From: Octopus vulgaris
Taxonomy: Eukaryota
Direction of reading: 5' to 3'
Assembly (NCBI GenBank): GCA_951406725.2
Contig: OX597827.1
Coordinates: forward strand, 26,350,001 to 26,414,000
Length of the DNA: 64,000 bases
A program made the position numbers and the translations under genes. The number at the start of each line of letters is the position of its first letter. The stretch's first letter is position 1. The notes under the pieces were generated by a model. The model ran no database searches and was not told the origin of the DNA. It saw nothing but the letters and a program-made list of their open reading frames with translations. Below are positions 40,936 through 56,491 of this stretch, piece after piece.

Positions 40936-42034
40936 CCCTCCAAAGACCAAGTGAGCTGGATGACCTAAAAGACCATATGTGCTGTCTTTCTTGTCTAACT
41001 AAAATGTAACACCTATCAGGAAATATAGCCTCGTAGAAGAGAATCTGTCGATCATTCCTCAGTTAAGTCTCCGAGAGACCACGCTGTCCATTCGGCCACT
41101 CCAACACTTGTCCTTTCAATTTACTGTTCTTTTTTCCAGCGAATAATATTGTCTGTCTTCCTTCAGACATCATTTTATGAAACTTTACTGAGATTTCCTT
41201 TGATCATTAAATACATCCAATATAACATATATTGAATGTAACCACTTGAGACACTTTAAGTAGACTTGACAACAGTTTTTTTAACTTTTTTATTTCCCTA
41301 TTCTTATTTTTTTTCCCATTATCGCGACTAAACATCTCAGTGTTGATTATACGAATACAATAACTTAACTCTTATGCTATGGTGAGACGCACACCAAACA
41401 CTCGTCAATCCAGCTCAGCTCCTTCTGCTGTTGCTACGACAAAAACCTACGGGATGAAGAAACAAAATGAACGATGTGACGATAAAAGTAGAAGCATACT
41501 TCATAACGTTTATTGCTGAATGCTCTTTGGAGACAGAATCGTCGGTGTTCAGCTTGAATCAATAACTACCATGAAACAGTTGGCAATTCCATTACTATAC
41601 ACAGGCAAGCACACACACATACAAGCATGCTAACACATGCAGTACGCACAAACACACACACACCGTAGCGTGAACACGCTATCTTTAAGATAGCGTGTTT
41701 GTCGATGTGATATCAAGGCATTAAGAATTCAATTTGAAACGGACATTTTGGTCTTTGATTTGAGGCGAGGGATAACTATGGACATTTGCTACGGTTTGAT
41801 AGACCACGTCAGTTTAGTATCGTCTAAAAATGTTACGAATAATTTTGGGTTGAGATGATTTGCATAATTACTGATAAAATTAAATGAAACGATAGGATGA
41901 GTTGGATAATTAATTTAAAGGATTAATGGGGGCGAGATTATCATGCACTTACAGTACCTCCTTAATGGGACGGACAGGGAGCTAAACAACAACCATTATC
42001 CTCCACCTCTTCATCCACTCCTTCCTACTACTAC

Positions 42035-42069
<35 letters not shown>

Positions 42070-42075
42070 CTGTAG

Positions 42076-42132
<57 letters not shown>

Positions 42133-42164
42133 TTACTGCTGCTGCTGCTGCCGCCGCCGCTGAG

Positions 42165-42235
<71 letters not shown>

Positions 42236-42236
<1 letters not shown>

Positions 42237-42672
42237 TGCCGATACACACAGATAGAGAAATTAAGGCCAAAACACCAGATATAGTTGTCAGAGATCATGA
42301 AGGAAAAAAATGCTTTCTAATTGATGTATCAATACCAGCAGATGACAACGTTTCTCTAAAAGAAATGGAGAAACTTTCAAAATACAAAGACCTAGAAATA
42401 GAGGTAACTCGAATGTGGGATCTAAAAACAGAAACAATCCCTATCATAGTAGGCGCATTAGGTATAATAAAAAAAATATTCAGACAAATACATAACAAAA
42501 ACATCAGGACTTACAAATATATATAACATACAGAAAATTGCACTCATCCTACGCAAAACACTTTCAATACAGTAATCATCAGAGCACCACAACAAATCAC
42601 AACACATACCCAAGGCACACAGAGCTGCGCTTGGTAGTGAAATAAAAGCACGTGATAAAATAAAACTACTGA
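42236..42672 (+). mobile_element. Dong/R4-type 3' fragment in (TAA)n
   Basis: MPIHTDREIKAKTPDIVV...FLIDVSIP...EKLSKYKDLEIEVTRMW...IPIIVGALG. Confidence 0.9.
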
Positions 42673-42800
42673 ATAATAATCATAATTAAAATGCCCTGAT
42701 GCAGTACCAGGCAGTGTTGATGTTCGCTAGTTGTATCAACCATTAAGTACCGTTATCTGTTGCTGCTACAGTAGTAGTAGTGGTAGTGGTAGTAGTAGTG

Positions 42801-42837
<37 letters not shown>

Positions 42838-43516
42838 AAAGAGGAGGAGGAGGAGGAGGAGGAGGAAAGTAGTAGGAGTAGTAGTTGTTTTCGTTATTCG
42901 CATTCTTCTTGCTCTTCTTCATCTCATCAACTCCCGAAGGACACATGGAATGATCCTACCACTTCATGGACAATCATTGTTTCTGCTGTTCTCGCTACTA
43001 AATCCGTCGGTGGTGGTGTTTATTATTATTGCTGTTGCTGCGGTTGTTGTCCTTGTTGTTGTTTGTAACATCGACGCTTTTATTTTGGGCGAGTATTATT
43101 TTTTGTGAACTCCTATACATGAAAGCAAGTCTCTTCAAATTTGTTGTACTTGCTATTATTACGATTATTGTTGTAATTACGATTATTACTATTATCACTG
43201 TTCTTGCTGTTATTACTGTTCCTGCTGCTATAAATGTTTCTACTGTAATAACTGCTGTTGATCTTATTGATGCTATTATCGTTATTGCTGTTATTTTGCT
43301 GCTTCAGTTATTACCGTTATGGCTGTTATTGTTTTCGTTTCTGTTATTACTGTTATTCCTGTTATTACTCTTATTGCTGTCAACTCTGTTATTTCTGCTA
43401 TTGTTGTCATTTAGGTCATTGCTATTAATGATTTTGCTGCTGTTATTTCTCTTATGGCTATTATTACAGATACTGCTGCCGATTTCTGTTGCTCCTACTT
43501 CTCTTATAATTACTAC

Positions 43517-43920
43517 TGGCAAGCTTACAGAATGGTTAGCGTACTAGACGAAATACTTAGCGGTATTTCGTCGGCCACTGCGTTCTGAGTTCAAATTCGG
43601 CCAAGATCGACTTTGCCTTTCATCCTTTCGGGGTCGATTAAATGAGTACCGGTTACGCACTGGGGTCGATATAATCGACTTAATCCGTTTGTCCTTGTTT
43701 GTTCTTTCTGTGTTTAGCCCCTTGTGGGTGGTAAAGAAATAGGTATTTCGTCTGCCGTTACGTTCTTGTGGGCAATAAAGAAATAAGAATCGTTAGCATT
43801 CGCCTGTCACTCCGCTCCGAGTTAAAATACCGACTCCTTTCGGAGTTGATGAATCAAAAGTACCAGTGAATCACTGGCGTCAATGTGATCGACTTTCCTC
43901 TGCCCCCAAATTTCAGAAAA
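43517..43920 (+). mobile_element. SINE family A, multimeric copy
   Basis: Head, core and tail followed by partial re-starts. Confidence 0.8.
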
Positions 43921-44669
43921 GATTATATTAAGTGCTGTTCTTGGTACTAACTTTCCAGGTTGACGCCATTGCTGCTGCTGCTGTTGTTAATGGTGTTGTT
44001 GTTGTAGCACTTGTCATAGTTGTTGATATCTCTTGCTTGTTTACATCGCTTGTTTGTTTCTTTCTTTCTTACTCGTCGCCATCGTTGCAACTCTGCAGTG
44101 TAGCAGTCAGTATGCGAGTGTCTACAGAGACAATCAACCACGTTCTACGACGACGTGACTCACGTTTGACGTTATGGGTGTTTATTGAATTAGCGCCAAA
44201 TTGGAACAAAACCAACATGTCAGAACATCATCGTGGAGAGGAGGACGAAGAGGAGGGGAGTCAGAATAATAGAGAGGGGGGTTAATAATCCAGCTATGGT
44301 AATAAGGTTTACATAATTGTAAAATTCGTATATGTTATTATGAATGCATGTGTGCGTGTATGTACGCATGTGTGTATGTGTGCATGCGTGTATGTATGTA
44401 TGTATGCATGCATGTATGCATGCATGTATTATGTATGCGTGTATGTATGCGTGTATGTATGCGTGTATGTATCTACGCGTGTATATATGTATGTATGTAT
44501 GTATGTATGTACGTACGTACGTATGTATGTATAGCTGGATGGATGGATGAATATATGTACGTATATATATATATACATGTGAGTGCGTGGTATGTGCACA
44601 TACATCTATGTATGCACACACACACGCACACAGACACACACACACACACACACGCACACACATATATAA

Positions 44670-44945
44670 CTGTGGAGGCCTAGTGATTAGAGAAGCGGAC
44701 TCGCGGTCGAGGAATCGCGGGTTCGTATCTCAGACCGGGCGATGTGTGTGATTATGAGCGAAACACCTAAGCTACGGCAGTAGGTGATGGCGAAGTACTG
44801 CTTACTATTTCGTCTCAACGTTCCCCCATTCAAGCTCACATGCGGTGGACCTACGTCCCATCTAGGTGGGGAACCTATACGCCGAGGAAACCGGGAAACC
44901 GGCCCTTATGAGCCAGGCATGGCTTTAGAAGTAATAAGCAACAAC
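44670..44945 (+). mobile_element. tRNA-derived SINE, family D
   Basis: Homologous to 24930-25190 (tctcagaccgggcgatgtgtgtg, aaacacctaagct); (AAC)n tail. Confidence 0.8.
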
Positions 44946-44948
44946 AAC

Positions 44949-45026
<78 letters not shown>

Positions 45027-45288
45027 ACAGAAACGCAATAGAGTACAATAAAACATTCTCTCAGATAGACGATACAAGGCGGACAAGAGAAACAACAATT
45101 AGAAGGACGAGCAAAAAATGACGGGTCATTTGTGGTCTTCTTACATCAGTCAAGTCCCAGAAGTCACGACCGTTTTAGGCAGCTACACTTCTTATATATA
45201 CCAAAGTAAGGACTTGACAGAGAAAGATGAGCAGAGAGGCATACACACACACACACACTCACACAGACAGACAGACAGACAGACAGAC

Positions 45289-45331
<43 letters not shown>

Positions 45332-45569
45332 CGCATATATGAATATTAATGGAATGTGGGAGTGTATGGAAAGACCACAAACAAGCATGGAACAGGGAAA
45401 TGCCACAAATGGGACACCCCGAAACAAGGTGGAAGGCAAAGGAAATACGGCCATCGTGTACTTAGGACAAACGGAATGAACTTCACAATACTAGAAATCA
45501 AGAGGAAATCATTAGTTGATAGAACCTTTATAGTATATAAAATTTCACCCAGACGAAAATTAGGAATAG

Positions 45570-45930
45570 GTGCAGGTATGGGTGTGTGGTAAGATGTTTG
45601 CTTCTTAATCACGTGGTTCCATGTTCAGTCACCCTACGTGGGAACTTGGGCAGGTGTCTTCTACTATAGCCTCGAGCCGACCAAAGCCTAGTGGGTGAAT
45701 TTGATTGACGGAAATTATATACCTGCGTATGTCGTTGTATTTATGTTTGTCCCCTACCTTCGGTTGGCAGCCGATGTCAGTGTGTTTACGTCTCCGTAAT
45801 TTAGCGATTCAGCAAACGAAACCGATAGAATAAGTATTAGGCTTACAAAAATGATAAGTACCAGGATCGATTCATTCGATTAAAATTTCTTCAAGATGTT
45901 GCCCCAGCATGGCCTGAATAAAAAGATAAA
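45570..45930 (+). mobile_element. SINE family B
   Basis: gtgtggtaaga...cttgggcaggtgtcttctactatagcctcg...ccccagcatggcc. Confidence 0.85.
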
Positions 45931-47615
45931 AGAAGATAAAAGGCAATGATCGAAGCAAGAAATTACAGAGACATTATTCATTAATCACAAACAAAATAAG
46001 AACGCGACTGATGATCTATTAAAACTGTGGATCAAAATTCAAGTAGTCACGTGATTCTTTATACAATCATATCATCCATTACTCTTTCTTACAGGAAAGA
46101 GTTTTAAAAATTTTCACGATGAAGATGAGGTATTTGAAAGTTACGAAATATTGCTTTCGTATCGATAGACCGTATTCAGATTTAGTACAGCCAAACTCAT
46201 ACGTGCTCACTCAAACAGATTATTGTTCTCTAATATGTTAGGTATTATTTCCTCTCTTGTATTTCGAGAACTTCAAAAAGTTATGAACACAATTATTGTT
46301 TCTTCTCCATATATGAACAAAATATAAAATGACATGTTTTAAATGGTTTTAAAGTAGCAATAAAAAAAAGGCATATAAACTCACTAACGCACGTACAAGT
46401 ACATGAATACCCATATATATATACATACTATACATACACACATGTACATATGTTCATACGTTACTACATACACATAGGAACATAAAAACATTGAAAGAGC
46501 TATTTAATTCTATTGTTACTAATAAAATACTAAAATAAAATTATCAAAACAAAGCGTGTGTTAGTCCTCTGGTAGAAAGAAAATGATGTAAGTGAAATAA
46601 GATGCTTAAGAAATCACAAAACAAATCTTATTTGAAGTCATGACAGGTTAGAAAACCCCATTAATGCTGGTTAAAAAAACATTATGTCAACCGATTCGAA
46701 GATAAATAAGTTGCTTGCAGTAATAAAAAGAAGGGGGAAAAATCAAATGAAATCAACGTGATAAAGTCGATAATTTCTTGTAGTAATCTTCAGGCCAGTG
46801 AGTGCTGTTTAAAGAAACTAATCAATAACGGCCGAAAATATAATCAAGATGGAAGTATCTAATCGAAGATGAATATTCCATCTTTATATAATGTATCAAA
46901 TGAGGTGTGTGACAGTTTGAGATGAGATTAGCTTATTTTCAAAGAGCTAAACGTTCAACGAAGCTAATAAGTCGTGTAAAAACGTGATGCCTAAGATATT
47001 ATCACGTAATGTTAGGTGGAACAGCTGCTTCGGTGTGGGCATCTAAACATAGATTTCTACCGATTGGATGTAGGAGACTGCAAAAATAATGGTACGGTGA
47101 AAACTTGGAATAGAAAATTCATTGATGTAGTTCGTTTCTCTCCATTAGAAAGAATATTATGGTGAATGCAACTAGTCTGCGGTGGTGGGTTAGAAGCGGG
47201 CGGATAGAAATAAATTCGCTAAGCAGCGTGTAAAAGGATTTATTTAGTGGTATGAGATGTAAAGACAATCGTTTGATAAATTCTTTTCCAATCAATTCTA
47301 CCAGGTGACTCCGTCAGTAGGTTATCTCACCAACTAATGTTATGATAGTACTTGCCAAATTCTAAAACCAGTGGAATTGGAATTAGGTAAGTGCCTAGAT
47401 GCAATGAAATATCTGTCATTCATAATAGTATCTTCCTACGTGCATCACAGTTTCTACTTCCTTCACGTGACTATTCATTAATTAGTGATCGATGGAGACC
47501 ATGACTTTCGCTACGGAGCTGATTGATTTATGCGCCAGGGAATGGATGATAAAACTGATTCTGTCCGAGAAATAATGTCCACATGTAGTTTGCCATATTA
47601 CTTTTGGCAAAGACT

Positions 47616-48005
47616 GCGAGCTGGCAGAATCGTTAGCACGCCGGACGAAATGCTTAGCGGTATTTCGTCTGTCGTTACGTTCTGAGTTCAAATTCCGCCG
47701 AGGTCGACTTTGCCTTTCATCCTTTCGGGGTCGATTAAATGAGTACCAGTTACGCACTGGGGTCGATGTAATCGACTTAATCCCTTTGTCTGTCCTTGTT
47801 TGTCCCTCTGTGTTTAGCCCCTTATGGTTAGTAAGGAAATAGGTATTTCGTCTGTCTCTACGTTCTGGGTTCAGATTCCACCGAGGTCGACTTTGCTTTT
47901 CATCCTTTCGGGGTCGATAAATTAAGTACCAGTTACCTACTGGGGTTGATCTAATTGATTGCCCCCTCCCCTAAAATTTCGAGCCTTGTCCCTAGAGTAG
48001 AAAAC
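47616..48005 (+). mobile_element. SINE family A, dimeric copy
   Basis: Same two-part structure and junction as 664-1057. Confidence 0.9.
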
Positions 48006-48245
48006 GATACTACTTTTTGTGCCGGCAGGCTGTTTTGTAGAGTTCGTAACTGGTTTCTTGACTTTTGTGATAAAGTTTTCTGATAAAGGTGCGCCATAAC
48101 TGCTTCTTCTTAGCAAACTATTCCAAAGTTTCTGCGTCAACGATCAAAGATCCCAATATCATTTTCAGGTTATTCTGGTATTTCTTATAATTTTTTACCC
48201 TCACAGTGTTCCTCTCAAATGTAGCAAACTCGCCATGAAGAATTT

Positions 48246-48288
<43 letters not shown>

Positions 48289-48885
48289 AGAGTATAAGAA
48301 TCTTTAACAACGATGTATGTATTGATGGGAGATGGAGCACAAATGTCTCTGAGCCCTGCCTTGCACTTTTAATATCGAACGGTCTTCAGAATCACGTGAT
48401 GTGAAACTGTTTCAGCCATCTGACATGTCTTCTTGAAACAAATGACGTGTCACAGGCAAAGAGACATTTGTACGACTGAGTGGCAGTCATTGTGCTTGAT
48501 AGCGATGACGATGCTTCCCCCATTGCTACCAAGCAATTGGCCGGTCAAAATGAACTCGGGAAATTAAAACGGGAAAGGGAACATACATACATATATTCAT
48601 ATATAAACACACACATATACATACACGCATACATACATGCATACATAGATATATACGTATGTACGTACGTATATACATACATACATATGTATGTACGTAT
48701 GTACATATATATGTATCTACCTATGTATGTACATACATATTTATGTACGTACGTAGATAGTATATATGTATGTTTGTGTGCGTGTAAGTATGTGTGTATT
48801 TATATGTGTGTGTCTATGTATGTATGCATGTATGTATATTTGAATGTATGTATGTATGTGTATATGTATATATGAATGAATTATC

Positions 48886-49113
48886 GAAACCCCAAAGAAT
48901 TCCTCTCAATATGCACCCCTACTGCTTCTACTCATGATCAGAGATGCATATATCGTCAGCCACTAAGGGACATGCTGAACTGGTTAAGGTTAAATAAATC
49001 TGTTGTACTGAGCAGAATATTTGCTGTAGCCCATCTTTTATACCAACACAAAACAATATACAGGGTTACAAGTCCAATCACTTAAGATCAACAGCCCTGA
49101 GAGCCAGTGCCTG
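48886..49113 (-). mobile_element. partial copy of the (TAA)n-associated non-coding element
   Basis: tcgtcagccactaagggacatgct and gagcagaatatttgctgt are reverse complements of segments in 33950-34180. Confidence 0.75.
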
Positions 49114-49180
49114 TATTATTATTATTATTATTGCTTTTGTTGTTGCTATTATTATTATTGTTATTATCATTATTATTAAT

Positions 49181-49365
49181 GCGGTGGGCTGGCAGAATGG
49201 TTAACACGCCGGGTTAAGTGATTAGCAGCATATAGGTTTTCAGTTCAAATTCCGCCGAGGTCGACTATACATTTTATTCTTTCGGGGTCGATAAAATAAG
49301 CTCCACTTCAGCACTGTGTACCCCCTCCCTCGAAATTGCTTATCTCGTGCCAAAGTTTGAAACCA
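49181..49365 (+). mobile_element. SINE family A, degenerate
   Basis: gcggtgggctggcagaa...gttcaaattccgccgaggtcgact. Confidence 0.75.
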
Positions 49366-50119
49366 TTGCTATCTTATTTGAAATAGATTTCTCGGCACTT
49401 TCTAGCTGATCTAACAATCATTTGTAGCCTCCCATGCTTCCTCTTCTGAAGAAAATTTATTGGAACTCAATAATATACGTGATAATTAGACATTTGATTA
49501 TTAATCATGGAGTAATATCTAAAACTGTAAATTTCATAATATTATGTTACATCTAAAATTGAAGATTTATTTTCATGTCAAGTAATCCGCCGAATGGACA
49601 TATTAGTTTCTTGCAAAACTTGATTGGCCCAAATTGTAAATAATTCAATTTGAATATTCATAGCAACAACTATTTGCAATCAATGTTAAAAGCGATTGTG
49701 AAAACCAAAGCGGGATTATTTAATTGTTTTGGACGATGCCACGTGAAGTTCGTTGCTTGCAGACTTTTATGTTGGCTTGTATGTATATATGGACACACAC
49801 ATATGCACACCATACACTCACACACATACACAACACAACACACACAGATATATATGTATATATGTATGTATATATGTATGTATATATATATATATGCATA
49901 CATATATGTATATATATATATATACAAATACATATAGATGTACATACACATATATACGTGTGTGTATTATGTATGTATGTGTATATACATACATATATAT
50001 ATATATGTATATATGCATATATACATATATATATGTACCTATACATATATATATATATATGTATATATAGATATATATATGAATATATACATATATATAT
50101 ATGTATCAATACATATATA

Positions 50120-50189
<70 letters not shown>

Positions 50190-50559
50190 TATGTATGTAT
50201 CTATCTATACTTATATGTATGTCTGCGCATTGTGAAATAATATACCTGTTAGTCAGCTGTCGATATGTAGCATTAAAGTTTCGAGAAGTAACTCTTTGAT
50301 AAATTGGAATGATCAAATTCTTCTAATGCCTGACTGTCTACAGATTTAAATGAAAGAAGAATTAATGAATTGAAATGGCTAGGGTATATATAGCAGATTT
50401 AACGCTACTGTATAATCTCCCGTGGTTCCTCTTACGAAGAAAATATTTTCGAACACAATAATATATATGACAATAAGACAGGTTTGTATGTGTGGTAAGG
50501 AAGGATAAGAGCGCGAGGTACTAACCCCCAGACTGTAAGATCAATCCCAGGCAGGGATT

Positions 50560-50760
50560 TGAAAAATATCATCAACAGAGAAATAACATCAGCAACATAG
50601 CTTAGGAATGAGGACAGTGCACCCCATTCTTTAAATAACGGTTGGATTCGAGATTCCACAAGAACACCTGATGAAAGCTGGAGAGTACATCAACCGGAAC
50701 GTTGTGATAAAAACAAAGAAGATAGGGACACCTATCTGTACATTGTAAATAATGTGCAAT
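50560..50760 (+). mobile_element. PLE-type end with degenerate minimal hammerhead (50663-50708)
   Basis: aacac-ctgatga-a-agctg...caacc-ggaa-cgtt-gtgat, ending at (TA)n. Confidence 0.55.
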
Positions 50761-50789
50761 ATATATATATATATATATATACTAATGTG

Positions 50790-50896
<107 letters not shown>

Positions 50897-51296
50897 AATA
50901 ACTAAAGGTGGCAATGATTGTATACAATCTTATATAGTGTCTTCTTTAACACGAGCTGCAGCCACGCTATTTCTTCACTCTGCTCTTATAATAATCATCA
51001 TCAGTCTCAAACAGATAAAAAGTAGAAGAAAATTGGTAATATTTTCAAATATCTTTTCTTATGGTATTGATTATTTTATCGTGTTTTGCTATGGTTTTAT
51101 TTATTTTTTATTTACTTTTTTCGTGTGAGAGTAGTCCAAGACCATGTGAACATTTCTGGTAAACAACAGAAGCATTTCACAAAGAATTTATTCTCTTTGT
51201 TATAAATAGAAAGAACTACACAGAATTGACATTCAATGATTTTTCTGGCGAAAAGCAAAAAAACGAAAAGGAAAAAATACAAATTAATCTAAAAGA

Positions 51297-51378
<82 letters not shown>

Positions 51379-52254
51379 CAAATAAAAAAAGTACATTAAA
51401 ACAAATCGATTAATCGAAAGTGACCTTTGCAATTTGTTGCGTTTAAATGTACTCTGACCTTTAGAGAGATTCTAGTAATTTGTTTTTCGAAGTTAATTTG
51501 GGGAAAAGAGAAGAAAGAGAAAGAAAAGAAGGAGAGAGAATGAAAAACAACGAAATTTTCGTAATATAATCACAATTTTAAGTGATCATATATAAATATT
51601 TGTAAGCAAAATTTTTACTTTCTCCACATATTTGCAGCTACTACATATTTCAAGTATAACAAGATATTTTCGGTTATTTGTCATCATCAGGATCATCATG
51701 ATCATAATCATCATCATCATACAGAGGAAATATAATATTTTCTCAAGCACAGAAAATTTACGGTAGAGGAAGATATGGTATTGAAACGTTTATAAATTGT
51801 ACTCGAGTTACAATTAAAGAACAGACATTGTCACTGATCATTTTAACAATGAACCGAAAATAGTTCAGTAAAAAGAATAGAAATGAAAGTGAAATTATCA
51901 TTGTGCAAATATGTATGGTTATAGGGTTAAGCAATTTACTCTACATTCACATGATTCCGGGTTCGACTCCACGAAATGCACCTTTTTCTATGCAAGTATA
52001 GTCTATGAACATTCATGCCATGGCCTTGTGAATAAAAACTGATAACTAGAAATTAAGCGAAAACTCGTTGGATAAGTATGCATGAAAGCATTTATGTCTG
52101 TGTGTGTGTGTGTGTGTATGCATGTATTTGTGTGTGTTTGTAAGTGTGAATTTGTGTGCGTGGGCGTGCGTATATGCATACTTAGGGTGCCTGTGTATAT
52201 GAAAGGTAATGGCGAAAGTTACTAGAATCGGTGCTTTGAAACCAATAAAATGCG

Positions 52255-52332
<78 letters not shown>

Positions 52333-52336
<4 letters not shown>

Positions 52337-52647
52337 ACAATTAAGGATAACTTCTTAATAAGGAATCTTAACAAGAAATTATCAGGTAGTTAGCGTGAAA
52401 AAACCTCATAAGAGAAAAGAATTCGAAAATAATTTTTCCTTTTGAACATATTAATTATATTTATATTGTATAGAGGGCATTATTACACATAAATGCCTCA
52501 CACTAAGAGGGACATAAGTCATTACTACCAAAATTACACTAATCATACCTAATGCAGTTCTTTAAAGCAAGACATTTAAAAAATGAATTTAGTTCTGTAT
52601 CACCTGTGATTTCACATTTAACGTTTATGTGTAATAATGCCCTCTAT

Positions 52648-52655
<8 letters not shown>
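52333..52655 (-). mobile_element. PLE-like fragment with a 32-bp inverted terminal duplication, within (TA)n
   Basis: 52462-52493 is the exact reverse complement of 52624-52655. Confidence 0.55.
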
Positions 52656-52706
<51 letters not shown>

Positions 52707-52731
52707 TAGATAGGTAAAGAGATACATCGAG

Positions 52732-52782
<51 letters not shown>

Positions 52783-53294
52783 CAAACAGACAGCCAGACA
52801 GACCGTCAGACAGATAGAAAGATAGAGAGATAGAGAGAGAGAGAGCGAGCGAGAGAGAGAGAGTGAGATAGAAGCACGTCTCTAAGAGAAAGCACAAGGG
52901 TACCCACAGCTACAATGACTGACTTGAACTCGGCAAAGTTGAAAGGCAACCAAATATTAGAACTCGAGCCTCACTGATCCTATTTATCTGACAGAGAACA
53001 TGTAGAGGTGGATGGGGCGACTTTGCACCTTGTAGGGGTCTCACGGTTCTTTTGTGTATAAGAGAGAAGGAGCCAAGTATGAGCAGTACTTCGGTTTATG
53101 CTCTTTCGACCCCAGATATCGGCACCGATAGAGAATTGAATGCAGAGAGCGTCGAAACATAATTTTTGAGTATTACATGCGAAACCCCCAGCCAAAGGGA
53201 TAAGAATATTACAGAAAAACACGCTCACACACACACATACACGCGCGCGTACTGTATGTATATGTATATGCATATGTATATGTATATAAATATA

Positions 53295-53793
<499 letters not shown>

Positions 53794-53867
53794 ATATATA
53801 CATATATGTATGTATGTATGTATGTATGTATATATGTATATTGATAAAAGTACTTTTCCGATGGCCG

Positions 53868-53928
53868 GATAACTGAAGAAATGGCAGCGTAGTTTTCCAC
53901 CTCGGCATCCGAAACTCGGAGTTTTATC
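53868..53928 (+). ncRNA. type-I hammerhead-like motif in a ~125-bp insert in (TA)n
   Basis: GAUAA-CUGAAGA-(31 nt)-GAAACU-cgg-AGUU-UUAUC: 5-bp stem I, canonical core, 3-bp stem III; stem II base imperfect. Confidence 0.55.
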
Positions 53929-53963
53929 ATGGCTACCGAATATTTGTCACATGTTACATTTAA

Positions 53964-54003
<40 letters not shown>

Positions 54004-54168
54004 GTATATATATATAAATAGAGAGAGAGAGGGGGAGGGAGAGTGGCAATGAGATATAAACACGTACTTATGTATATATGTATGTATGCATATATCTATC
54101 TATATATATGTGTGTGTGTATGTATATATATATGTATATATGTATATTGATCAAAATAAAATAAAAAC

Positions 54169-54240
<72 letters not shown>

Positions 54241-54873
54241 TACTGAAAGAGGTAACATACATTGTGGTGATGGGAAAACGCAGATTTGTTCACACAGTTC
54301 AAATTCCCAGAAAAACGTCGAAACTCTATAACAACGAAGAAAATTGATTCCAGGAATATATTATTTAAGAGGCTGTCATGGTTTTCTACAGCATTTCATA
54401 CGTAATACTACGACCATTATATAATAATGATTTCTAATATAGATACAAAACAATTAGTTTGCTGAAAAGAGCTTTGATTTCGCTAAGAATGTGGGGGTGT
54501 TTATTCCTTTTCCCACACAGTTTATCACTGGCCTGCGTGAAAGAGAATTGTTTCCAATCTAGAAGCAGCGATTCAAATTCTATTTGATTTATAATGAGTC
54601 GTCATCTAAATAATATTTATATTTACAAAGTCATTTTCGTAGTTGACATTTAACAAAGTAATAAGTAATAATTGTTTTCCTTTTTTTCCCTTCTCTGTAA
54701 TCGCTAATTTAAACTCAGGAAATAAAGTTCTTTAATTATGAATATATGATCTGATTGCATTAATTTTAATTTTCATTTAAATGTATACTGGTGAAGGTCG
54801 ACTCTTAGATTTTCAACGATTAGAGAGAGGCTTAAATTCATTAGAATTATTAAGTTAATAATTGATAATATAA

Positions 54874-55107
54874 GGCGGTGAGCTGGCAGAAACGTTAGCA
54901 CGCCGGGCGAAATGCGTAGCCGTATTTCGTCTGCCGTTACGTTCTGAGTTCAAATTCCGCCGAGGTCGACTTTGCCTTTCATCCTTTCGGGGTCGATAAA
55001 TTAAGTACCAGTTACGTACTGAGGTCGATATAATCGACTTAATCTCTTTGTATGTCCGTGTTTGTCCCCTCTATGTTTAGCCCCTTGTGGGCAATAAAGA
55101 AGTAAGA
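54874..55107 (+). mobile_element. SINE family A, near-consensus monomer
   Basis: Full head, core and tail ending aataaagaa. Confidence 0.92.
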
Positions 55108-56453
55108 ATTATTAAGTCAATAACAACGTATTTAGTGACCTATGCATAAAAAAAAACGTTTAACTAGAATTAAATATGGAAAATAAGATAGGTTAAACGA
55201 CTATTGTGTTCTAGATAAATACAAGAAAAATTCTGGACATATTTCTGTCTTATAACTGTCTTATCAGCGAGAAATAGCTTTAACCATATTTTGTTTCTTA
55301 AACGCATGGAAACCATTTGTAATACAGAAACAGAAAACCACAATGAAAAGACTGTGAAATAAGATTATTTACGACTTTGAAACATTCAAGTCAGTTCAGA
55401 AAGTCTTCTTGTCTACAAAATAAAAGAAAATTATTGAATTACATTAGGACACCGTCTCACAAAAGTCCGTGTTCGAATAGATTACAGGTGTTTCATTAAG
55501 TTCACATCTCTCCACATAACCTAAATAATAGGCAGATATTTGGAAACACGATAGTTCTGATCACTGATATATATCTCATCCCTGTCGTTATTAATCCATC
55601 AGGTCAGCCTTAGACGAGCGCACCTGTAATCAACGATATAATAACCAACCGTATAATACTTTCTTTGCGTGTATCAGAGACTAAGTTATCCAATGTTACC
55701 TGTCATTTTTTTCTTTCGTTTCTTCAAGTGTGTGAGTTTAAAGATTTCTCGCTACTGTTTCTACCATGTCGAGTAAGCGAGTAAACATCCGCCTATTAAT
55801 TCATTGGTCTCGTTTAACCACAAATCATTTTTTATCTAATTTAAGATAAAAGATCTTTTAACCTTTTAGCCAAGGCGTTCCCAAACCAGGCATATGTTAC
55901 TGTGGAGGCCGAACTACATAAGTATTAGTTTCAAATATCGGAAAAGGCCTTGCCTCAAAAGTTTTTCGGGCAGCCTGCTATCTATAGCAACCACATTCCT
56001 GTTACATGGTTGATGTTTTTATTTTCTTTCTATCTTTTTTATTTATTTATTTATTTTACAAATGACATGTCCACAAAATTCACGCTTAGAATCTGGCTTC
56101 ATCTGGTGTTATACTAAAAGAGACTAACCCAAGAATCCGGCCTGTGGAATTGAACATCGAATCTCCTTGTAGCGAAATCAGCTTCTTCTCCAGTCCTCCA
56201 CATATGTACACACACATACATTCATGTGTGCGCGCACGTGTGTGTGTGTGTGTGCTTGCATGTGCATGCATGTGTGTGTTCATATATATGGTATACATGT
56301 ATGTATGTACTTCGGGTTGTATGGATGGGTGGATGGATACTAATGCGTGTGTCGGTGTGTAATTGTGTGTGTATGTACATTTATAAATAGGTATGTGTGT
56401 TTCAATTTCTGCACTTCCCTCTCTCTCTCTCTCTTTCTTTCTTCCTTTCTCGT

Positions 56454-56491
<38 letters not shown>

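Noticed and set aside
51418-51465. Two TGACCTTT nuclear-receptor-like half sites
   Set aside because: Short motifs expected by chance; no conservation data.
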